Shown in pieces: positions 1-13,100 of a stretch of 64,000 nt of DNA. The position numbers and the translations under genes are program-made. The notes under the pieces are model-generated. The model saw nothing but the letters and a program-made list of their open reading frames with translations, made no database searches and was not told the origin of the DNA. The stretch comes from Ophelia neglecta (lineage: Eukaryota), in NCBI GenBank assembly GCA_965285935.1, contig OZ260662.1, forward strand, positions 25,234,001-25,298,000, read 5' to 3'. The stretch's first letter is position 1. Each line of letters begins with the position of its first letter.

Positions 1-416
1 ACACAATACTGTTCAACGATGACTGCCACGGTGTACAAAGAGACTAAGCAATGGGCAATCTGAGATACTGGGTAGACTCCAGTGTAGATTCTTTGTACCA
101 CGGACATCGTGTCCCAGAATCCTTTGTCATCCACAAAACTGTATATCTCAACCAACCATGCCGTCGGGCTGCGTATCAACACCAGACAAATAAGAAGCAA
201 GATGTCCGACATGAAGAGTGCGTTTAATAGCATCGTACATATGCTCCTTAGGTGCCTGTGATGGAAGGCACAGAAGCATATAACGTTTTGCACAATACCC
301 AGGGCGGCCAGAACTGGGATCACAATGCCATAGAAGAGAAAATGGGGGCGCTTCTCATCTAGAATTTTCTGTAACATGTCACTTTCCTCTTCGTAGAAAG
401 TGTCCCCGATACTCAT
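1..416 (-). CDS. Class A (rhodopsin-like) GPCR, FMRFamide/peptide-receptor-like; N-terminus to end of TM3, truncated by window edge
   Basis: Open frame from ATG (CAT 414-416) off the left end: MSIGDTFYEEESDMLQKILDEKRPHFLFYGIVIPVLAALGIVQNVICFCAFHHRHLRSICTMLLNALFMSDILLLICLVLIRSP...YPVSQIAHCLVSLYTVAVIVEQYC. TM1 GxxxN, TM2 LxxSD and TM3 ending in an E/DRY-like motif. Absent from the ORF track because no stop lies in the window. Confidence 0.88.
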   Translation of the reverse strand, partial: MSIGDTFYEEESDMLQKILDEKRPHFLFYGIVIPVLAALGIVQNVICFCAFHHRHLRSICTMLLNALFMSDILLLICLVLIRSPTAWLVEIYSFVDDKGFWDTMSVVQRIYTGVYPVSQIAHCLVSLYTVAVIVEQYC

Positions 417-3074
417 TGCGACTGCCTGCTAACGGATATTCTTCTTTTCGGTCAATTCTCAAACTGGTTCACGTAGCTGGTTTATGAAGATACCACCGGC
501 TGAAAAAATGGAAGAAATGTGAACGTCATTTTACTCAGGATGGTTAAAAGTGTACGCCTCAGCTTAGGTTAAGGAATTTTTCTGTGAACGTTAAGCTTAA
601 TAAGACGTAGTCTTAACATGAAAACATTATATTACCTTTAATAGGGCTAAGCAAGCATTAAAGTTAACAGTATAGGCATGTTTTAGTCCTAACTACTTCT
701 ATACTGAAGCCGGTATGTTGATGACTTGCGTTCAAAGCGTTGTCACTATTGATCTATAATGCCCAAATGTTATTTGGCTATTAAACATAGCAATGATATA
801 ACATATTTTAAACGGATTGTAATTCTACTGGGACTACAAGACATGGCAGCCATCTAAATAGTATCAGATTATATTGATCGTTAGTTTTGTGCTTGCAATA
901 AGCACAAATAGGCAAAACGAGTCAAATTTAGTTTTAACTGGAAGTGTTGCGGGTGGGTGCTATGGTCAACTTATTAGGAAATAAGCTCTTAAAATGAATA
1001 AATTAGTGGACCTTTCGTAAAAACAAAACACATTGTGTTAAAGTTGGTCATCACATCTGCTTCTCATTTTGGAAATTAATTCATAATTCAAATACTTTAC
1101 CAAGCGCCTTTACCAAGTGTTGATAACCTATACCGTTCCCTCTATTTCTGGACGTCTCATAAAGGCGTACACAAGTCAAGGCCGGCAACTTTTTACATGC
1201 GTACACGCATTTCAACAGGCCTACCCATATTCTGAGTGGCTGCCAACTGGTTGAGGGGAGGGGAGGGGGGTTTAAAGCCCGTCACCACTGCCTTTATTGT
1301 CTTTCATCCCCTTCAACCGCCCTCCAAGTTTGACGATGGTTACAGTGTCAAGGCAAATCACTGATTCCCGTTTTGAGCCAAATGTTATTTTTCCTATTTA
1401 AGCATATTGACCCAGTTTATGTGACATCATAGGCCTATTCATCACATATGTTTAGTTTTCACTTGTGAACACCTGAGCCAGGATCATAATATAAACTGCA
1501 GACATTCGCATAGAGAATAATGTATAATTATATAAGCACCTACCAGGAGAAAACATAGCTATGATAAGCATATGGTGCATTGTTAATTATGCTCAATGAA
1601 TAAGTTATCGATTACATAGAATTTGACTGAACAATATCTTTGAATATTTGTAAATACATCCTGCTGCCAGTATACACAATTGAAAGCGAAGCTGCATGAA
1701 AATGCACATCGATCGATCAATAATTATCCGATATTAAGTTATAACTGAGAATACACGCTTGATTTTGGCGAAAGAAATAATGCTTATACTTTATTTTTGT
1801 AACGAATTTAGTGAACAAATATTGAACGTGTCAAGTCTCACTCTAATTGGTATTTTTTATTAAGAAAGATGATTTAACAGTGCCATAATATTCAGTAAAG
1901 TTTCAGGTATTTGTAACCAAAGACATACCAGCTGGTGTGTGGTGCTATTTCAATAAACATGGAATGGATATTAGGGGCATTGATATGGGCGATTGAAATC
2001 TAGGTATAGTTGAAGTGCTGGAAATCTGATGTTTCCTATGCATTCAACATCTCAGTGAAAGCTGTCACTTAATATTTATAACCAAAAGCAAATGCTCGTG
2101 GCTTTTTTATTCCGCTACTAGATGTACCGTTACTTTAGTTTATCTGTACGGACATTTTTTCACATGTTGATTTCTTAGCCCGTTATTGATAAAATTTCGG
2201 TTTTGTCTCATATTCTATGAAATTTCATCGCCAATTTCTCACATTTCATGCAGTATGCCAAAATCATTTTTGAAAATCGCGCTTGCCATTCATAAAACGT
2301 GATCATGCCATATGTTTACTAAAAACATTTTTGAAAATTTATGCTACACAAATCTGAATTATAAGCATAAGAGCGCGATAATGTCGGTAAGAATAGTTGA
2401 TTAGATCTACATACCTAAATCCTGACATGCAATTACAAAAATGAAAAAAATGTAACTGATCTATGATATATCACAAATAGTATATTTGTGCGATTTCATC
2501 ATTGTCAATGAAACAAAATAGATGTCTGAATAAATCCACAGTGGCTGTACACTCATAAGAATATCTCGTCTATGAGTTCTACTTACGAAGAAATGACCGT
2601 CGCCGGGGCAGTTCCATCATTCACGAAGTAGGCCTACAATCCAGCAGTTTATAGAATATATGTAGCTTTCCCGGTTGCTATCGTTGTTCGTATTGTGGTG
2701 TTCATAGTCAAGCTGTTCAGTTTCGTACAATGCAGGTGTGCCTCGTGTTTATGTATTTATATGACTCAATAGATCAATGACCAAATTTATTCAGTGTCTA
2801 CTTCATACATAGAATAGAGATGTGAATTGCGCACAACCTGATGTGCTATAGGTGGTTCATGGCATAACGACTGTAGATTTGAACAATGACAAATAAATGT
2901 CTTTACGCTAACTCAAAAGGCGGTTATATAGTAGCACTACATTACAAGATCATATACAATTTTGTAGCGAGTTTTCATAGGATATGCTTTTCTATTAGCC
3001 TGCATGTAGGAACTTTGTCGGAGCAGTTAGAGTGTTTAGGGGTTCGGGATGAGAGTGACGGCATTGCGAACGTG

Positions 3075-3141
3075 TGGTAATGCCGTCTGTCATGCGTGAC
3101 ACACAGAATTACCTCTGGTAATGCTGTCTGTCATGCGTGAC
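3075..3141. repeat. 26-bp imperfect direct repeat (TGGTAATGCyGTCTGTCATGCGTGAC x2)
   Basis: Copies at 3075-3100 and 3116-3141, one mismatch. Confidence 0.8.
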
Positions 3142-4217
3142 CAATGGTAATCACAAGTGTCAACTATGAGCCGTTGTGATGAACACATGTTCCTACATCA
3201 AAACCAAGCGTGGCCACTATTACCCTTCGAAGCAGAGGCTAATGCTTATCGCATAGCTTCTCCGCATCATGCTACAGGCGAAGAGAACGTAGCTGTGTAC
3301 TCTGCTACGAAGGGAAGGCCACTATAGGCACCAGTTGATGGAGTAGATTTTTAAAAAGCAATGGTCATGCATGGCTTGCCCCTACTAGCAGCAGAAAACG
3401 GACTGCTTCGGCTTACGCCTCTGCAGTCAGCTTTCCCCGTTATGCTCACTTCTTCGGGAATTAACTATAACGTAGAGCTTAACGTCACAGCGCTTCATTA
3501 AACATTAACATTGTTAAGCGTATAGTATTAGGAAATAGTGCCAGTCTAGTGAATCATTAAGTGAAGTGAAGGGATGCATTCACACAATTTAGGAATCACG
3601 CAGCACGGGGGTTATTGAAAAGCTGTTGAATGTTTTCAACGGGGATTCATTTCTCACCATGCATTATCCTTTCATCTACCCTTGTATTAGCTATTAGATG
3701 GAGGTCCGAGAGAAGGCATATTTTTACTTAATTTGTCTCCCCTTATGAGGAAGGGAGAAACTCCTTTGCCATTTTATTTGGCACTCAGATACTCCAATTG
3801 TGTGGGTTCTACAATTCTAAGTCTCATGCATATTGTCTATTAACAGTTTAATGTTCTTCTACCTGTTATAATTTCTTCTCTGTTTACATTAAATTCTGAG
3901 AATAACAATATATCTACTCGACGATTATCAAATCTTTATACAGTCAAACATGCAACGCATCCCAACTTCCAAGCAGCTCTGTCGTAAATATCAACCTTCT
4001 ACTAATTGATTATAATTGCTCGATACGCTTGTTTATGATCAAGTTGATAAAACAAGACACTATTATTGGATTAGTTAATAGAATAGACATGATAATCTTA
4101 ATCCAGCATGTAATTTATTTACCGAACATATGCACAATAGTTAAAAGAATCTTTTGGTACATATACTGTTTTCTTTTTTTGTAAACGCATTATATCCTGG
4201 GATGTACATTCATAAGT

Positions 4218-5195
4218 ACTCATTCATCGCGACCTTATTTGCGTAGCGATATACCTATTTGTTATGTGTCCCAGGGTTTGGGTATCGTTACTTGTTGCAA
4301 GTAGAATTATTCTACGCATGGAAAAGATCTTCAGAATTCACTGCAAGCCATCCTAAATTATTTACAGCTGTTACTTATTTCGGTTGAAAGGTAAGCCTAA
4401 CGTTTTTCCACCAATTGTGTTAATACCTATTTTACCATATGACGTATAGAAGACAACATAACGTGTGAAATCTTGGGTCTTGCACCGTGTAGTAACATTT
4501 GTAATTATCAGCACGAATGTAACCAATAACCCTCTCTGACCAATTGCAGTTCTGAAAGCCAATGTAGATGGCTAGCACAACAACCTAATAAGAGAATTCA
4601 CAAAGAACATAGTCATTTAGAATATTAATACACTGTCTCGATGCAGTTATCCTTTTTTAATATTAGGCAAGACATGCGACAGAATGAAAAGGCAAATCGT
4701 ATGCGCTCGGACTAATAAGCATTCATTTGCATACGGTGCACTTCATCCTGACATATAATTGACGTATTATATGACATAACTTTTTTTATATAATAAAATG
4801 CCGTAATAGACTAGAAGGCAACACCAGGGTATGCATAACCTCCTAAAACATCTTGAAAACTCATTGAAACATCTTGAAAATTACATATATCATTGCATTA
4901 ACATTAATTATGCAATTTATATACGTTCAGAAGTATACGTATAACGATTTTGGGAAAAAGGCCAGAAACATATTTATTCATGAGCGTCTTGTCCTTTGAG
5001 TGTTGTCGATCAAGCTCGTAAACCTTCGAGTGTGGGAGTTCTCGCTAGGTCTAATTCGTACCATGGAGTACCCCGTTGCCATTCCTAGTAGCCATCTCTG
5101 AAGGTAAATCGAAAAGGTCCCTAGGCTTGAATGTCGCCGACAACTGATTGTACTGACCGCTACCCGCTATTGCATAACAAGTACATTCGCCCCTT
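4218..5195 (+). repeat. Tandem segmental duplication, copy 1 (~1 kb, empty-site copy)
   Basis: Colinear high identity with 5305-6907, from ACTCATTCATCGCGACC to GTACATTCGCCC; explains near-identical ORF-track entries 4371..4562 and 5461..5649. Confidence 0.95.
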
Positions 5196-5304
5196 GCTGT
5201 TTCTAAATTTCATGTTGTAATGGCCAAACGCCTAGATGCACAAGCACAATTTATAACTTACTGTATGACTCAAAGTTCAATCATCTTGAGATAAGTAGAT
5301 CACA

Positions 5305-6907
5305 ACTCATTCATCGCGACCTTATTTGCGTAGTGGTAGACCTATTTGTTAAATGCCCCAGGGCTCGGGTATGGTTACTTGTTGCAAGTAGAATTTTTCT
5401 ACACACGGAAAAGATCTTCAGAATTCACTGCAAGCCATCCTAACTCATTTACAACTGTTATTATTTTGGTTGAAAGGTTAAGGCTAACGTTTTTCCACCA
5501 ATTGTGTAAATACCTATTTTACCATATGACGTATAGAAGACAACATAACGTGTGAAATCTTGGGTCTTGCACCGTGTAGTAACATTTGTAATTATCAGCA
5601 CGAATGTAACCAATAACCCTCTCTGACCAATTGCAGTTCTGAAAGCCAATGTAGATGGCTAGCACAACAACCACACCAACAGAAACATCCATAAAATTGA
5701 AATGGTTCAGAGGCGGGCGGCCAGATTCGTTACTGGCCGATACCATAACACAAGCAGTGTCTCAGACATGTTGGCTGGTCTCGAATGGCAGACACTCCAG
5801 TATCGGAGGAAAGCCGCGAGACTGGCCCTCATGTACAAGACTATTGGCGGTCTGGTTGCCCTGCCCTCTGGACCAACACACCTCCGCCCAAACCTGCGAC
5901 CCACAAGACACTCCAGTCCACACAATTTTATCCCATATTCAACTAACACCAACACCTTCAAATTCCCCTTCTACCCCCGTACAGTTGTGGATTGGAATCA
6001 GTTCCCTCAACCAGTCATTCTGGCTCCTTCCTTGGATGCCTTTAGGGTTGCTATGAGTTCAGCCCTTCCTCCAATTTAAATATTCAGTGATATGTTTTTA
6101 ATTTCACTATGTAAAATAAACACTTTTTTGCCAGTGCGTCAACATGTGTGCATGCCCATGACAAAATGCCCCAGTTGGGGCGTAGTCATTATTTGAAAGA
6201 AGGAGAACCTAATAAGAGAATTCACAGAGAACATAGTCATTTAGAACCTTAATACACTGTCTCGATGCAGTTATCCTGTTTTAATATTAGGCAAGACATG
6301 CGACAGAATGAAAAAGCAAATCGTATGTGGCGAACGAATAAGCATTCATTTGCAATCGGACTAAAATCGAAGGGCGGAAATGTCGGTGCACGTCACCCTG
6401 ACATATATATGATCATATGACATATGACCTTTTTTATATTATTGAATGCGTTGATAGACTAGAAGGCAACACCAGGGTATGCATAACCACCTAAAACATC
6501 TTGAAAACTCATTGAAACATCTTGAAAATTGAATATATCATTGCATTAACATAAGCTTCGCAATATATACCTTAAGAAGTACACCTAAAACGATGAGGGG
6601 TAAGGGCCAAAAACATTTTTTTTTATGAGCGTCTTGTCCTTTGAGTGTTGTTAATTAAGCTCGTAAACCTTCGAGTGTGGGAGTTCTCGCCAGGTCTCAT
6701 TCGTACCCTAGAGTAACCCGTTGCCATTCAGAGTAGCTATCTCTGAAGATAAATCGAAAAGGGTAAAAACACGCAAATTTCTGATCGGGGATAGCTTGTA
6801 TGTAAAATATTGCATTTAAGTATTGATGGTCCCCAGGCTTGAATGTCGGCGACAACTAATTGTACTGACCGCTACCCGCTATTGCATAACAGGTACATTC
6901 GCCCTTT
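5305..6907 (+). repeat. Tandem segmental duplication, copy 2 (carries a LINE insertion and an extra ~65 bp at ~6763-6827)
   Basis: Matches 4218-5195 on both sides of 5673-6209; ends ~255 bp before the oxidoreductase ATG. Confidence 0.95.
5673..6209 (+). mobile_element. 5'-truncated non-LTR retrotransposon (CR1/L2-group ORF2 C-terminus and 3' UTR)
   Basis: Encodes EMVQRRAARFVTGRYHNTSSVSDMLAGLEWQTLQYRRKAARLALMYK...FPFYPRTVVDWNQFP, typical post-RT region. GAA-rich tail; AACC on both sides (5669-5672, 6206-6209); absent from duplication copy 1. Confidence 0.9.
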
Positions 6908-7162
6908 TATTACTGCCTGGCCTAGATGTCAGGTTTTTTTGATGTTTCAAAATACTGCGCTGTTAATCGTGTGACTTTAATCGAAGGGACCTTTTATTCG
7001 TATATAACAGGTACAATCACAAAACAGGTAGAATGACAACAAAATATAAAGCATAATACAGGGTTCTCTCGGGGATGCAATCTGCCTGTGCGAATTGTAG
7101 GATAAGGAAGACCATTACAGTGAAGTCTTGCCTGGAAATTCCCAACGTTCTCTTTCAAAAAC

Positions 7163-10100
7163 ATGGATCTTAAGACGTATTCCAGCCTTGTTTTCTTTGT
7201 CAACGGAAAAAAGGTAAGTTTTCAGCATATTCTGTTTCCTAACTTGCAACAGGACGAATCCTGCTACAAGTAATACAATAAAAAATGATAAGACGCAAAG
7301 ATAAAAGAATGCACTTTTATTTATATAATATTAATGATATAAATGCATGATCGATACCACATTCTCCTTTTGCTGGATAAATTATATATCTGTAAGCGGC
7401 GCCATGTTTAAGCACTAAACGTATTTGTCAAACAAACCTTAACTCGGTTATGATGATATGATGTTACAACTACCGGCCAAACAAGCGCAATACATATTCA
7501 AAGGGCATATTAAAATGTTCAAGTTGCTTTAAGAGAGATATAATCGATGATGACAAATTCTAATTTACCACTGTAAGCAGCTTATGTTCAGTAGAAATGT
7601 TACGTATATTGATGTGCAATAAAGAATGTGATATTTAAGCATGAATATGGTTTGTAGAATAAAACAAATAATAATAATTGATATTAATGTTATTCCTTTA
7701 ATAAAACTATTAATCGTTAGATTTTCCTAGGGGCGCAACTACATGTAATTAGAAATAAACCGTGTCATCTGTTCTGCAGGTAACGGAGCTCAATCCCGAT
7801 CCCGGATGGACATTGCTATTTTACCTCAGAGAAATTTGTATCCTCAATATTGAAAAGTATCTATAATTGGGTTACCTTTGTTAACACTGTCGAACCAGTT
7901 CAACATGGACGTAAGCTTAATTTTATATTTAAGAATAATGTGAAAAGGTACAACCTATGCGGCGAGCACAATGATGCGTGCGTTTTTATCACACACACGT
8001 TATGTATATAACTTGCAAAGCTGCCGCTACGAAACAACTGAAACTAATGAAAGACTAAATAATAGAAAACTCCATTATATTTGACTGCCCACCTGCGCGG
8101 AATACACACTACAATTACTTGGCAAATCAGCGATTAAGTAGTATTCCTGTTTCTTACATATGTCCACAACTGATTTACAAGCTCTTACGCAGTGCAATTT
8201 CCTTTGGGACGCTTTATCAGACAGGCATTTTATTTTTCACTTATTTTGTTAAGATAATGGATAGAGAAAAACAGGTGTGTATACCCGGCAGACTAGGCAA
8301 GATGGTTTACACGGAATTGTGCATTAGATAAGACAGAAATCACTGGTAGTAGGGTTTTCGGGTGGGGGGGGGGGGACACCGAAAATACCCTGGTGCTCTC
8401 CGACGTCTACAACCATACGAACGCGGAAGTGTGCAATAGCGTGTATAAATATCGGACCGAATTCATCAGTAACCGTCTGATTAAGTCCCATAAATACCAA
8501 TCACCAAGTGTGTAAATGTAAGTATCTTGGAACGGAGAACATGAAAGGCTAATCTCGGGGAAATACCGATAAAAACCAGGGTGCTCTAAGACTTCCGGAA
8601 AGGGCTGAGAAAGTTACAGGTATGCTCTACACTTTATTTCCTTTACCACAAAAGTGCGTCTTACAGGAAGTAAAGATGGATGTGGCGAGGGCGGGTGTGG
8701 CGCATGCACCGTGATGCTTTCTGGAATCAACCGGATATCCGGCAAAATATGGTAGTGGAAAGCCAGAAATAAAGAAACTACGAAAAATTGCTCTGGAATA
8801 AATATAACACTATTGTAAACAATAATAATGGACACTAACCATAAGTTAATTTGTTCAGGCACAAGGCCGTGCCTTCGTGTCGTTTTCCAGTGTGTGCAGT
8901 CCATGGTTTGTCCGTGACTACCGTTGAAGGCGTTGGTTCAACAAGGACAAAAGTGCATGTTATTCAGGTTCCTACTCTCCTAGTATTTGAATGAACACAA
9001 CTTTAAAAATAAGAGCAATATATATTGTTAACCTGCACGAATTATGAAACTCTTTTTTGTTTTGTTTTTGCCCGAACTTTCCGATTCAAATCGCACATGC
9101 TCACGTTTTTGTGAAACGAACTCGATTACTTATGGAGTGTTCTGACACGAGAATTTCAAAATGTCAGGACGTGAGATTTACTGTTTTATGAGAAATATCA
9201 ATGGCAACTAACTTAATAATTTTTTTAAAGGAAAGCCTGGCATTGTCTCACGGTACTCAATGTGGATTTTGTACTCCTGGCATAGTGATGTCTATGTATG
9301 CGCTTCTCCGTAATACGCCGAAGCCTTCGCAATTGGAAATAGAACACGCTATCAGAGGTAGGCGGGCAAGTGTACAACCTTTCAAGGCGTTGTAGAATTT
9401 TTCTGAAGCTTAGTTCGGTTTACAGTGTATTTCAGGCAAGTGATTCACAAATACGCAACCACCAGTAAATCTCTTATACCCATGGTCATGTACATGCCTA
9501 TTAACCCAATTTGTCATTTGTTTAGGAAATATATGCAGATGTACAGGATATCGTCCTATACTAGATGGATTCAGAACATTCGCTGACGTATGAATTTTTC
9601 TTTTTTTTTATGAAAACAAACACTGCCAACTTGGTTTACTTCGTATATAAAATTGACTCAGGCAAAAATATCACCAACGCTCTTTGGCTTACATTTATTA
9701 CTGACATTTATACAGACAGAAGACTGCCCATTGGGAGAACAGTGCTGCCAGAACATTCACAAAACGAATATGGACAATTTGCCTGGCAAGGACCAAGTAA
9801 AATAGATGTTTTTCCATATATTACTCATCAAAATTATACTTCCTTGTACGTTTGTATTTTTGGTTTATCGGTATATCCATTAAACATGAATATGGTTTGA
9901 CTTATTCAACACATCATGCAGACAGCTGATTCTGGGGACGATATTGGCGAACATTCCAAGAAGTATGACTCATCCCAAGAGCCTATTTTTCCAAGTGAAT
10001 TGCAGGTAAAACAAATGAATTTATAAAGTGTAACCTCGAAAAGCCCAACGTGACAGAGTATTAGAATATTACGGTGTATTTTTGGGGACACATTTTCATG

Positions 10101-13100
10101 TGCATACACTATTATTAGCTTACAGATGTTTTTGACAGTCAGTGTTTAAAGTACGATTCAGAGCAACTGACTTGGTACAGGCCAGTTTCCCTTCAGCAGT
10201 TGTTATATTTAAAACATGCATATAAGGACGCATTCATTGTCGCGGGAAACACTTTTGGTAAGATGTAGTTATAATTCTAATAATATTACAATAAAATCGC
10301 CAAATTAATGACTATATGTTATTTTTAAGGGAATAAAGCGAATTGCAGAATAGGGTAATATTTACTGCATGACTGGGTCGAAACCTCAATGCTATTGTGG
10401 CACAGTTAGCCCAAAGACATGTATGCAAATGCAAATATGTACGAACATGTAACAATTGTTCACTTTGAATTTAATTATTTTATCTTATCGGGTAAAATGG
10501 CTATAACGATCATGGCAGGGTAAGAAATTTGGAAAAGGGGATTGATAAGTTATGAAGACTCCTTTCTTCTTCTGGAATCCAAGGATTTCGTCATTCCATT
10601 ATTTTTCAATACTACGCCCGACCTGCGTCAATAACACTGGTGTCCCCAGGCAATTTATTTGAGTAAATCATCCAACCTAATTTAGGTCATATGAGGCGCA
10701 GATTGCCAGTTAAGGACACAGTGCTAATATCTACTTCTGCCGTTCCTGAGCTGACAAAACATTCAGTGCATGTTGAGTACATTTCATTCGGCGCCGCAAT
10801 GTCGATGTCTGATGTAGAACGGATTCTTAATCATCACATCGATAATCTGCCCGAGGAAAAGACAAGATACTTTACTGCGCTAAAATCCCAACTTTACAAC
10901 TTTACAGGAGTACAAATAAAAAATATAGCAGTAAGTTAAGACCCGATAATCGATTAATGATGGGCATTAACAGTGCCTCGACTCTTCAGTAATTATTCAT
11001 ATTTGATATATTATCTTCTAAATGGAGTATATTTCTGAAGTAAGGCAGGTGAAATACTTAATCAACCTCACATAGTTGTTGGTGAAGAGTCTCACCTTTC
11101 TGCACTAAGACTGCTTTGTATTTTCCTTTCAAAGACCATAGGAGGTAGTGTAATGACATTGGTTTCAAATGATATCAATACAACCTTGGCATGCATGCCA
11201 GCATCTACTACATTCCTCGTCCCAGGTTTGCAGTACATTTTTAAAGACTAATTACATAATATACTTTCCTTTCTCTGTCAATGTTCACGTCACAAAGATT
11301 ATATTCAGAAAGTTTGCAAAAATGAAACTATGATCAGAAGCTTAAGCATACTTACATATGAGATATACTATAATATTAAATCATAATGTCAGCGTCATTT
11401 TTAAAACCGAAATTTAATAGGAAAAGAAGAACCATCAAGGTTTGTTCAGTATGAAGTGGAAGATTTCTTTAATGGAAAATCAGAAAATAAAACAGACGGA
11501 AACATTCTATTGAATGTCAACGTACCGAAGTCAAGCAGGGTAAGCGAAATATAAACTATGAAATTTAATAATGTAAGTGAAAAGACAATAAAAACAAACT
11601 TGACCTGACACAACATGTTGCGCACATCATCAATCATGTCTTTAAAGGTTGATTCTTCAGCTATGCGGCGATGTACTTTCTTTTTATCTTAGATGGATTA
11701 CATCTCAAGTTATCAAGATTTGGATAAAAACGTTTGCTCTACATTTAGAGTTTGTTTGGACAAAGAACAAAAATTTGTTCATAAATTGGTAGCAACTATT
11801 GGAGATCGGAGAAATGACATAATATGCTTGGAGATACCGCGTCATATTACTGAAAGGTAAATTTGTCTCCAGGCCCTCTCGAGCAATCCACATGGACTCT
11901 TCTTTTCTCCGCTTTCTCATGTCTTAACCACACTGTAATTCCTCCGCCTCTTTATACTTGGCTTTTATTCTAAATTCATGTGTATAAATGTGCTTTGTTT
12001 GACTCAATGGACCCCGACAGGACTTATACTCCATTCCCGGATTTTAAATGCGCTTCGTTTTCTTGAACATCTCAGAACGGTATATGCATTACTCTTTGTT
12101 TTCTAACAGCGCAGAATCTGCACGGCTTGCTGAATTAATTACAGAAAAAGTTGCTGAGAAAACTGACCCCATGGTCCATTCTTTGATCCGCGGGTACTAC
12201 ATCAAGTTTTCAACTGAACTAAATAATTATATTGAGACCGCAGGTGTAGAAAAGTTTTCTCGTGGAAATGAGCATCAGCCTTCTTGTGCCAAAAGGTACG
12301 GTGGTGTACAAATGTATGAACACATGCCATCGAAGGAAAAGTCCATAGAATCAATTGGCAGGTTTTTGCCACATGAATCTGGTATACAACACGCCTGTGG
12401 AGAAGCTGTTTACGTTGATGATATACCTCGTACCTCTGGTGAGTTATTGAACGTTTAACTGACTTTACGAGTCTCTCTCATAATTTAAACTTAGTATGCT
12501 TCAGGGAGATGAAATTCATTTGCCCCACTGTTCAGTAATGTATCACATGGCTTAATATGGCGTAATCAATGTCTTTTAAATTACTTATATTTTCGTACGT
12601 ACCAGGAACAACGTTGGCATGCAGCTGAATAAAATCACTTTAAAAGTCTAATTTACTCATCTTTTTGCTGGGTGCGTTTGAATTTGAATAAACTTATAGA
12701 GGAGCTCCAGATGGCAATGTGTCTTAGCACCAAAGCGCATGCTCGCATCATAAGGATGGATACGTCGGTCGCCCTTGGAATGCCAGGAGTTGTGGATGTG
12801 ATCTCACATAAAGATGTCCCTGCAAAAAATAAATGTGGATTTGGTGGCGACGAGTTAATATTTGCAGTGGATAAAGTATGAATTTTACTACATTGACAGT
12901 TCAAATAAAGCTAAGCGCACAACGGCTAAACACAACGGTTGAACGCATAAAAATTGTTCAATGTGCTAGGGTGATGCCACGGAATCACCGCAATGTACTA
13001 AATACATCATTTTCAGGTTACTTGTTATGGGCAAGTCGTCGCTGCTGTGGTTGCCAACACCAAAGACAAAGCCATGCAAGCAGCCTGTTCTGTAATCATA

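Noticed and set aside
4371-5649. Twin 62-63 aa ORFs MAFRTAIGQRG... as a duplicated small gene
   Set aside because: Non-ATG starts, no recognisable motif, ends differ by frameshift; explained by the DNA duplication.
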